Origin: a phage
Sequence record: PZ445405.1
DNA length: 50,126 bases
Reading direction: 5' to 3' (one strand)
Shown: in pieces, positions 43,770 to 50,126 of the stretch
How the letters are laid out: every line of letters begins with the position of its first letter
How positions within the stretch are numbered: the stretch's first letter is position 1
Translations under genes and position numbers: made by a program
The notes under the pieces: model-generated
Seen by the model: only the letters and a program-made list of their open reading frames with translations
What the model was told of the DNA's origin: nothing
Databases searched by the model: none

Positions 43770-44293
43770 TGTTTGACTTTAACGAGGATAAACTGACAGA
43801 AGAGCAGGTAATTGAGATAGCCAAGCAAGATGGGCTGCCGCCGCTGCGAATTGCAATCAATGCTAACGGGTATCGACAGTCAACGGCGTTTTGGGGCTCG
43901 ATTGATACCTCAGGGGTGTATAGTGGTGATGAGCTTGGTGTAATGATTAAAATCATCAGGAAAATGGGAGTTAACGGCAAAGGAGTTGTTGGCGTCAGGT
44001 CTCTATATGAAGGTGCTCGCAAGCTGAAACCATTTGCGGGGCGCGATGGGATGATGCTACTGATTAAGGATAAGCTAATTCCAGAGCTCGACAAGATGAA
44101 TATCACGTGCCTCATTGGCGATAAGATTTACGTCAACCCTGCCTTGACGGATTTAAGCTGGCATCCTAACTTCAAAACTTACGAAGGTGAGCACGCTAGT
44201 AGACTACCATACCACTTGCGGTACACTGAGGAAGAGGTGGAGAAGGCTATTGAGTTCTATCGGAAAGCTAAATCACTAATTATCGCCAAATAG
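43766..44293 (+). CDS. Truncated paralog of the primase-helicase (N- and C-terminal domains only, no ATPase core)
   Basis: N-terminus MFDFNEDKL..LPPLRIAINANGYRQS and segment NGKGVVGVRSLYEGARKLKPF..CLIGDKIYVNP match the two ends of the 527-aa protein. Confidence 0.55.
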   Translation: MMFDFNEDKLTEEQVIEIAKQDGLPPLRIAINANGYRQSTAFWGSIDTSGVYSGDELGVMIKIIRKMGVNGKGVVGVRSLYEGARKLKPFAGRDGMMLLIKDKLIPELDKMNITCLIGDKIYVNPALTDLSWHPNFKTYEGEHASRLPYHLRYTEEEVEKAIEFYRKAKSLIIAK

Positions 44294-44363
44294 CACGAAT
44301 TGCTAAACAATGGATCGGGTAGTCAGCTATGATTACTTCATCGACAACAAAGAGGAAATGAAG
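44290..44363 (+). promoter_or_regulatory. Canonical promoter cassette (box 44290-44307, TATGAT 44328-44333, leader CATCGACAACAAAGAGG)
   Basis: Box contains the TAG stop of the upstream gene; 22-bp spacing. Confidence 0.55.
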
Positions 44364-44570
44364 ATGAAAAACGTTATTATTGAAGATATTCACTTTGACC
44401 AAGCTGAGGTAGGAATCGCAAAAAGCGTTCGCGGAAACGTTGTATATCTGAACTTCGATCCAGATAACTACGGGGACGGCCAGACACTGATGCAGTACAG
44501 TCCTGAGCAAGCACGCAAACTGGCGGCGGCGTTAATCATGGCAGCGGACGAGGCGGAGAAGCAGCGATAG
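44364..44570 (+). CDS. Hypothetical protein (68 aa)
   Basis: ATG 44364 at good distance from SD AAGAGG; start ambiguous with 44358. Confidence 0.4.
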   Translation: MKNVIIEDIHFDQAEVGIAKSVRGNVVYLNFDPDNYGDGQTLMQYSPEQARKLAAALIMAADEAEKQR

Positions 44571-44640
44571 CACGAATTGTTAAAAAGGGATTCATCCTGA
44601 CTGGTATAATCCCCACATCAACAACGAGACACTACTTATC
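44567..44640 (+). promoter_or_regulatory. Promoter cassette (box ATAGCACGAATTGTTAAA, 22 bp, extended -10 TGGTATAAT 44602-44610)
   Basis: Leader CATCAACAACGAGAC but no substantial ORF until 44826. Confidence 0.5.
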
Positions 44641-44825
44641 AGGTATGTGACTATGGCGATAAAGTCCATGCCGGACTAGGTTCGCACGGCGTCGATAATA
44701 AGTGACAATATACGAACATAAATTCAGCAGCAGGGGTATTGATATGCTCCTGCACTATTTAGACGAAAAATACGCAAATCTCATGCTTAAGACGCATGGT
44801 GGCAAAATAACGAGGATTAACATAA

Positions 44826-45440
44826 ATGGCTAAAATCATCATTCTTAATGGACCAGCTGGAGTGGGCAAAGACACTATCGGAAACGCGTTACACTATGAT
44901 TACCGATGTATACAAACAAGCTTTAAGCGTCCAATGTTTGAAATTGCCGAGTCAATCCTGGGGGCCGGGGCGTTCAGTAAGTTCATCACGGCTTATGATG
45001 ACCGAGATCAGAAAGAGATGCCTCAGAGCTTCCTTGGTGGCAAGACGTGCCGCGAGTTCATGATCTGGATTAGCGAGTCGGTAGTCAAGCCGCTATTTGG
45101 CAATCAGCAGTTCGGTAAGCTAATGAGCGAACATATCAAGCTGTGTGACGAAGGATTAACGTTCGTTTGCACTGATGGCGGTTTCGCTGATGAAGTTATC
45201 CAGCTTGTTGAAGATGGTCACGATGTTACGCTGGTGCGACTTTTTATGGAAGGCAAGACCTTCGCAGGCGATAGCCGTAATTACATCCGAATCAAGGAAT
45301 CGCACTTCCCTGATTATAAAAAGTATCAGGAGCATAGCGTTCGCCTGGTTAATGGTGACATTGGTGGCGGCGTATTGGCGGTGGCTGAGGCTTGCGGACT
45401 AACCTCAGATTACGAATGGGTAGACGATATTCCCTGGTAA
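44826..45440 (+). CDS. P-loop nucleotide kinase (dNMP kinase-like, putative)
   Basis: Walker A GPAGVGKDT at the N-terminus; overall architecture reminiscent of phage deoxynucleotide kinases. Confidence 0.5.
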   Translation: MAKIIILNGPAGVGKDTIGNALHYDYRCIQTSFKRPMFEIAESILGAGAFSKFITAYDDRDQKEMPQSFLGGKTCREFMIWISESVVKPLFGNQQFGKLMSEHIKLCDEGLTFVCTDGGFADEVIQLVEDGHDVTLVRLFMEGKTFAGDSRNYIRIKESHFPDYKKYQEHSVRLVNGDIGGGVLAVAEACGLTSDYEWVDDIPW

Positions 45441-45513
45441 ATAGCACGAATTGCTAAACCCGCTCCGGCGGGTTTTGTTATAGTTAGTTCACACCAAACG
45501 AGAGGTAAGAGAA
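45441..45513 (+). promoter_or_regulatory. Canonical cassette with terminator hairpin in the spacer (TATAGT 45479-45484)
   Basis: Box 45441-45458, hairpin ACCCGC-tccg-GCGGGT plus T-run inside the 22-bp spacer, leader CACCAAACGAGAGG. Confidence 0.55.
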
Positions 45514-45732
45514 ATGATTACGATTAACCTGTCAGACAAGCAAGCCGCCGAACTCAAGTCCATGTTGTCAATATTTGAGAAGCCAAATGACCGAGCAATT
45601 GCAAAAGAGGTCATGACTCAAATCAATAATCAGCAGTTCGACGTAAGTGACTTCGAGTCATCACGGCAGTACGAGGCGCTTAGTGTTAATGCGGCATACC
45701 TGACCAACTGGGATAAGGCGACTAAGAAATGA
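45514..45732 (+). CDS. Hypothetical protein (72 aa)
   Basis: ORF from the six-frame track immediately after the cassette. Confidence 0.4.
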   Translation: MITINLSDKQAAELKSMLSIFEKPNDRAIAKEVMTQINNQQFDVSDFESSRQYEALSVNAAYLTNWDKATKK

Positions 45733-45866
45733 TTTACATCCACACGTACTACACTGGCAAGTTTAACAGTGTTAAGCACATTAGTGTTCACGATACGTAC
45801 GATAGCGCAAAGGCTCAGTGGTTGGTTCTTGGCGGCGATATTAATTCATATAGAGTTGCTGAATAG
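45729..45866 (+). CDS. Hypothetical small protein (45 aa)
   Basis: ATGA-coupled; its TAG stop lies in the next cassette box. Confidence 0.25.
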   Translation: MIYIHTYYTGKFNSVKHISVHDTYDSAKAQWLVLGGDINSYRVAE

Positions 45867-45936
45867 CACTAATTGATAAAACAGCATTGGGGTAATTTGC
45901 TATAGTTACCCCATCGAAACGAGCGAGGTCAAAGAG
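45863..45936 (+). promoter_or_regulatory. Promoter cassette (box ATAGCACTAATTGATAAA, 22 bp, TATAGT 45901-45906, leader CATCGAAACGAGCGAGG)
   Basis: Exact 22-bp spacing. Confidence 0.55.
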
Positions 45937-46116
45937 ATGAGATTCACCCAATCAGAGCCAAAGCTACAGGCCAACCACTTCGATGGCTACGCAACATTCA
46001 TCATTGCCCAAGCCTGCGGAATGCGAGACGAGCCTCAGGTTCACACCATTCACTTGACCGAAGAGCAGGCTCGAGAGTTGTCTTACGAAATTCTAGAGCA
46101 ATTGAATAGAATTTAA
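45937..46116 (+). CDS. Hypothetical small protein (59 aa)
   Basis: ORF below the track cutoff found by reading downstream of the cassette. Confidence 0.3.
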   Translation: MRFTQSEPKLQANHFDGYATFIIAQACGMRDEPQVHTIHLTEEQARELSYEILEQLNRI

Positions 46117-46167
46117 CGCGTCTAAAACGCATTCTAACGAACAATAATTTAAGCGAGGTGATTCATC

Positions 46168-46293
46168 ATGGGAGCACAAGAAAGCCCCGTAGAGTGGTGC
46201 AAGCGAATGCAGGACGAAGCTAAAACTGGCGAAGAGGCGATGGCCTACTACGAGCTGGCGCAAATGTGGATGCAACGGGAGAAGAAACAATGA
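46168..46293 (+). CDS. Hypothetical small protein (41 aa)
   Basis: SD GAGGTG; ATGA-coupled to the next ORF. Confidence 0.3.
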   Translation: MGAQESPVEWCKRMQDEAKTGEEAMAYYELAQMWMQREKKQ

Positions 46294-46433
46294 GCTTCAC
46301 TGAATATGTTATAGCATGTGAACGACTGGTCTTTGATATGAAAACTTTCCACTGGTTCATAATTAAAGACTTAATAAAGCCTTACAAGCAGGGCGTTACC
46401 CCAGAGGCGTTTGTTAAGTCATTCTACAAATAG
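46290..46433 (+). CDS. Hypothetical small protein (47 aa)
   Basis: Stop TAG lies inside the next cassette box. Confidence 0.3.
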   Translation: MSFTEYVIACERLVFDMKTFHWFIIKDLIKPYKQGVTPEAFVKSFYK

Positions 46434-46505
46434 CACGAATTGCTAAACGAAGTCGCCACGGATGGCATATAATTACCCTATCAATACAAAGAGAGAGATT
46501 GAGAA
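46430..46505 (+). promoter_or_regulatory. Canonical promoter cassette (box 46430-46447, TATAAT 46468-46473)
   Basis: Hairpin GCCA-cgga-TGGC in the 22-bp spacer, as in the cassette at 537. Confidence 0.55.
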
Positions 46506-46745
46506 ATGTTCGGACTAGAGGATTCATACTTCAACGCAGTAAAGCGACAGGCTGACAAGCTTAACGATGAGTACAGCAAGCTGACACCAAAGCAGCGAAA
46601 AGACAACCATGTTGTTGCCGCACTAATCACGCAAGTCTGGGGTCCTGTATCGACGCTAATTAGTCGAGATAAATTTACCTGGATAGCAGGGTACAGGCGC
46701 GGTCGTGTTGGTCATGACGAGAATGGGAATAGCCTTTATGAGTGA
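46506..46745 (+). CDS. Hypothetical protein (79 aa)
   Basis: ORF from the six-frame track after the cassette. Confidence 0.4.
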   Translation: MFGLEDSYFNAVKRQADKLNDEYSKLTPKQRKDNHVVAALITQVWGPVSTLISRDKFTWIAGYRRGRVGHDENGNSLYE

Positions 46746-46802
46746 GTTAACAATCTGGTTTATCTCAGGTCTGATTACTTGGGCTTACTTTATGGTGGCG
46801 GC

Positions 46803-47039
46803 ATGAGAACATTGAGACAGATTTTACACGGCTGCAAGAAGCATCATTACACCTACTTTCGTGATATTAAATGGTTCGAGGATGCTTGTTGTATAGATGG
46901 TTGCAAAACGAAGCTAGTATGCAAGAAATGCCATCATGTTGAGAATAGCAAGGTAGATATGATGATTTGCCGCAGCGCACTTGATTACATTGCGTATGAA
47001 AAGCTCAAGACGCTCAAAAAACTAACAACTAAACCGTAA
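46803..47039 (+). CDS. Cys/His-rich small protein (putative zinc-binding)
   Basis: Cluster HGCKKHH..CCIDGCKTKLVCKKCHH; start at ATG 46803. Confidence 0.4.
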   Translation: MRTLRQILHGCKKHHYTYFRDIKWFEDACCIDGCKTKLVCKKCHHVENSKVDMMICRSALDYIAYEKLKTLKKLTTKP

Positions 47040-47381
47040 TTGTTAAAAAGAGCTTGCATCACTGACCGGAATTATCTAATATTAACCACGTAGACAAAAG
47101 AGGCCACCGAGTGGCAACGGCGCGCGGAGCGCACTACACGGCAAGTCCGCTGCTCATTAAGTAGCGTATGCGGCGCATCTGGTCCATGAGGATAAGGCGT
47201 AAACCTCAATCAACTTCCCAGTATGGGCTTTATTCCCTTAGGGACTTGTAAGACCTAGCGCAAATAGGCCGACATGGTCCAAGTCGAAAAAACTGACCAG
47301 ACCTGAGCATGTCACTAAACGAGCTTTCTGTAAATCGGTCGTTTCAGGCGACCCCGGAGCCGTAACCGGGACTCATTCTAA

Positions 47382-47459
47382 GCTCTGCTAGCTCAATTGG
47401 ACAGCAGCAACGACCTTCTAAGTCGTAGGTTACTGGTTCGAATCCAGTGCGGAGCGCCA
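47382..47459 (+). tRNA. tRNA-Arg (anticodon TCT)
   Basis: Cloverleaf readable by eye: acceptor GCTCTGC/GCGGAGC (one G-U pair), anticodon stem ACGAC/GTCGT with loop CTTCTAA, T-arm ACTGG-TTCGAAT-CCAGT, encoded CCA; D-stem has one mismatch. Confidence 0.7.
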
Positions 47460-47486
47460 AATTAAACCAATGATCCTGGGGGATTT

Positions 47487-47669
47487 ATGAAAACTGTAAC
47501 ATTCATCGTAAAAGATTGCGGGACTGGCACCGTTCAGAAGTTTAACGCGAAATTAACCTACAACAAAGGCGACAGCAAAGAAGTTAAAGGCTCTCTGGGC
47601 GGAGTAATGGTTGAGGCTCGACTCCCAATTATCTACCCTGATGACGAGCGCCGCAATGTGGGACGTTAA
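47487..47669 (+). CDS. Hypothetical protein (60 aa)
   Basis: ORF immediately downstream of the tRNA. Confidence 0.3.
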   Translation: MKTVTFIVKDCGTGTVQKFNAKLTYNKGDSKEVKGSLGGVMVEARLPIIYPDDERRNVGR

Positions 47670-47838
47670 ACTTTCAATTAGATTAATGGGGCGCAGTTGC
47701 AAGAATTGCACTCAAGATTATATCGCGTCAGTTGCCGCAATCAGCGCTGAGGATGCGGTAGCGAAAGTAAAAGAGTTGTCAGGCGCTGACCCTGATACTC
47801 ACAAATTCCTGGTAGCTTACGTTCGTGAGCGAAAGTAA
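47611..47838 (+). CDS. Hypothetical protein (start ambiguous: 47611, 47656 or 47686)
   Basis: ORF overlapping the previous one in another frame. Confidence 0.3.
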   Translation: MRLDSQLSTLMTSAAMWDVKLSIRLMGRSCKNCTQDYIASVAAISAEDAVAKVKELSGADPDTHKFLVAYVRERK

Positions 47839-47882
47839 AAAGTGTTATACCCTCGTTAAGTTTCGTTTCTCTCGTTGTTTTT

Positions 47883-47907
47883 AGCCCTCGCTTGAGGGCT
47901 TTTTTTC
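47883..47907 (+). terminator. Rho-independent terminator
   Basis: AGCCCTC-gctt-GAGGGCT followed by TTTTTTT. Confidence 0.65.
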
Positions 47908-47917
47908 GTCTGTAATA

Positions 47918-47926
47918 TGGTATAAT
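47918..47926 (+). promoter_or_regulatory. Extended -10 promoter element TGGTATAAT upstream of the small terminase gene
   Basis: TG motif one base upstream of TATAAT; no clear -35. Confidence 0.35.
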
Positions 47927-47950
47927 CTTGCTTCAACAAAGGAGGATAAC

Positions 47951-48457
47951 ATGAGCAAAGCAGCATTAAAGATGGGCGAGGGAAATTTCAAGGCGCTCTA
48001 CAACAAGAAGTATGGCGACATTGCTATGGTGGCAATCAACCGCAAGTACACGCCTGAGGAGGTATTTGACTTTGCCGTTCGATACTTCTCATGGGCCGAG
48101 AGTGAGGCAATAAAAGCAATTGAGACGGCAGCATTTCAAGGCGTGGTTAGTGAAAGCCTGGTACATAAACCTCGAGTGTTCACATTAACCGGGCTGGCGC
48201 TCTTCATGGGTGTTAATATCAATAGATTCGCTCGCTGGCGTACTGAGGCTGGATACTCTGATGTGATGGAATTTATTGATAACGTAATTTACGAGCAGAA
48301 ATACCAACTTGGCGTTGCGGGTATCATCAACTCTACCATTGTCGGTAAAGAGCTAGGCATTGATAAGCCGCAGGAAATCACTATTAGCAACAACTCCACC
48401 GCTAACGACGTTGATAGCATGAAGGAAGCGCTGGAGTCTGTGATTAGTAAGCTGTAA
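47951..48457 (+). CDS. Terminase small subunit (putative)
   Basis: 168-aa ORF immediately upstream of the large terminase gene; SD AGGAGG. Confidence 0.55.
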   Translation: MSKAALKMGEGNFKALYNKKYGDIAMVAINRKYTPEEVFDFAVRYFSWAESEAIKAIETAAFQGVVSESLVHKPRVFTLTGLALFMGVNINRFARWRTEAGYSDVMEFIDNVIYEQKYQLGVAGIINSTIVGKELGIDKPQEITISNNSTANDVDSMKEALESVISKL

Positions 48458-48558
48458 AAATATGAGGGTATAACAATGAAAGGCTTTATTAAATTATTCA
48501 TTTGGTATTATTTATTAACGAGCATATCTCTTTGTGTCTTTATGTTGGTGGTTAAGCT

Positions 48559-50126
48559 ATGGCTAATTTAATCTGGGAAGAAATGACAAGTCAGGAGAAA
48601 TTAGCCGTTAAAGCTATCTCAGAGCATAGTTTTGAGGGCTTTTTAAGGTGTTGGTTTTCAATAACACAAGGCGAGCGATACATACCTAACTGGCATCACA
48701 AGTACCTGTGTAGAATCATTGACGAGATTATCGCAGGGGAACGTAAGGACACCATCATCAACATAGCGCCGGGCAGCGGAAAGACAGAAATCGCTTCAAT
48801 CCACTTCCCTGCCTACTCTATGGTTAAGCTGAAGAAGGTGCGGAACCTTAACATCTCCTTTGCTGACTCACTGGTTAAGCGTAACTCGAAGCGCGTACGT
48901 GACCTTATCAAATCTCAAGAATTTCAATCACTCTGGCCATGCAAGTTTGGAACGTGCAAAGACGATGAACTTCAGGTTCTTGATGAGAATGGCAGGGTTA
49001 GATTTGAGTCAATATCAAAGGCGGCGGGAGGTCAGATTACAGGCGCTCGAGGTGGCTATATAACAGAAACATACAGCGGGGCCGTTCTATTGGATGATTT
49101 CGACAAGCCGGCTGACATGCTTTCTCAGGTTTATCGAACGAATAATCACGTAATGCTCAAGAACACAATTCGCTCACGTCGAGCTAGCTCTGTGAAAGGC
49201 AAGGCAACGCCAATAATTTCTATACAGCAGCGACTCCATGTGAATGATAGCACTTGGTTCATGATGGAAGGTGGTATGGGTATTGACTTCGACTTGATTA
49301 AGATACCGGCATTGGTTACTGAGGATTACATTGATTCACTTCCTGACTGGATTAAAGAGCAGTTTGCTGATGACGTACTAAGTAGCGAATATATTGAGCG
49401 AGATGGCGTAAAATACTACAGTTATTTCCCTAAAAAGGAATCTGTAAACGACCTAGTGGCAATGTGGGATAGTGACCCGTACACATTCCTTAGCCAGTAT
49501 CAGCAGGAACCTGTAGCGCTCGGCGGCAATCTGATTAACGTGGATTGGTTCCAGAGAATCAGCGATACGTTCAGACCTCCAGCTAAATATGACTATCGAT
49601 TCATAACTTGCGACACTGCGATGACTACAAAGAGTTATAGTGACTTCTCTGTACTTCAATTGTGGGGCTATAAAGATGCCAAGATTTACCTGATAGACCA
49701 GCGTAGAGGTAAGTGGGAGGCGCCGGAGTTGGAATCTGAACTACTGGATTTCGAGAGGAAATCAAGAGCAACCAGTCAGACGGATGGTATCCTTAGAAAG
49801 ATTATCATCGAGAAGAAGGCTTCCGGAATTGGCCTAATTCAATCCGCAGGTAGAGTTATGCGAACACCGATAGAGCCATATGTTCCGGATAACGACAAGC
49901 TAACCAGGATAATGAGCGCCCTGCCGCAGATTAAGGCTGGTAACGTCGTTCTTCCAGAATCAGCACCGTGGCTAAATGGATTGCTTACGGAGGTTGCGGC
50001 TTTCACCGCGGATGACTCTCATAAGCACGACGACCAAATTGACTGTCTAACAATGGCGGTAAACCTTGTTCTCAATATAGCAGATGATCCAAAATCAAGA
50101 ATGCTTCGCCTTGCCGGAATAAAATA
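48559..50126 (+). CDS. Terminase large subunit (3' end truncated by window edge, about 522 codons present)
   Basis: Open frame to the window end (absent from the ORF track because no stop is reached); Walker A APGSGKT, Walker B-like LLDDFD, C-terminal nuclease motif DDSHKHDDQIDC. Confidence 0.85.
   Translation, partial: MANLIWEEMTSQEKLAVKAISEHSFEGFLRCWFSITQGERYIPNWHHKYLCRIIDEIIAGERKDTIINIAPGSGKTEIASIHFPAYSMVKLKKVRNLNISFADSLVKRNSKRVRDLIKSQEFQSLWPCKFGTCKDDELQVLDENGRVRFESISKAAGGQITGARGGYITETYSGAVLLDDFDKPADMLSQVYRTNNHVMLKNTIRSRRASSVKGKATPIISIQQRLHVNDSTWFMMEGGMGIDFDLIKIPALVTEDYIDSLPDWIKEQFADDVLSSEYIERDGVKYYSYFPKKESVNDLVAMWDSDPYTFLSQYQQEPVALGGNLINVDWFQRISDTFRPPAKYDYRFITCDTAMTTKSYSDFSVLQLWGYKDAKIYLIDQRRGKWEAPELESELLDFERKSRATSQTDGILRKIIIEKKASGIGLIQSAGRVMRTPIEPYVPDNDKLTRIMSALPQIKAGNVVLPESAPWLNGLLTEVAAFTADDSHKHDDQIDCLTMAVNLVLNIADDPKSRMLRLAGIK

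Noticed and set aside
537-46505. Recurring about 18-bp box repeats might be a CRISPR-like array
   Set aside because: Copies are kilobases apart, each tied to a gene start with a -10 and leader; there are no regularly spaced repeat-spacer units and no cas genes.
47040-47381. Additional tRNA genes upstream of tRNA-Arg
   Set aside because: No segment shows a 7-bp acceptor stem plus a GTTCRANYC T-loop; only isolated hairpins are visible. This needs a covariance-model search to be definitive.
47845-47880. Leader-like sequence AACGAGAGAAACGAAAC in reverse orientation upstream of the small terminase gene
   Set aside because: It precedes rather than follows a TATA-like element on the minus strand and no minus-strand ORF follows; judged a degenerate relic, not a functional cassette.

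Overview
The window looks like a near-complete genome of a T1-like (Drexlerviridae-type) siphophage of an enterobacterial host; this classification is an inference from gene content and order, not from a database search. It runs from a packaging/head module (small terminase at 47951, large terminase running off the 3' edge, then portal, protease/scaffold and capsid at the 5' end), through a lambda-like tail module (major tail, G/GT chaperone with -1 frameshift, tape measure, M, L, K, I, J), into replication/recombination genes (PD-(D/E)XK nuclease, Erf, SSB, primase, helicases, VRR-NUC, metallophosphoesterase, kinase), a lysis cassette (holin, lysozyme, unimolecular spanin), three paralogous HNH-AP2 homing endonucleases and one tRNA-Arg(TCT). 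No integrase or attachment site was seen, so a virulent lifestyle is likely. The most striking feature is regulatory: about 20 copies of a conserved cassette (palindromic box TAGCA-N5-TGCTA, a fixed 22-bp spacer, a TATAGT/TATAAT-like -10 and a conserved leader CATCGAAACGAGAGGAG) sit at the stop codon of one gene and drive the next. That geometry puts the dyad near -42, as in activator-dependent class II promoters (Mu Mor/C-like), and suggests an undescribed phage transcription programme. Two paralogous ~300-bp iteron plus (AT)n/(TAT)n regions, at 24.3 kb and 42.9 kb, are candidate origins or regulatory hubs. Other candidates are a truncated paralog of the primase-helicase, a lipoprotein translationally coupled to a 311-aa protein downstream of J, an SGNH hydrolase and a collagen-like protein in the head module, and a short C5-methyltransferase-like protein. 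All functions are inferred from motifs read by eye; coordinates of intergenic motifs may be off by 1-2 nt.
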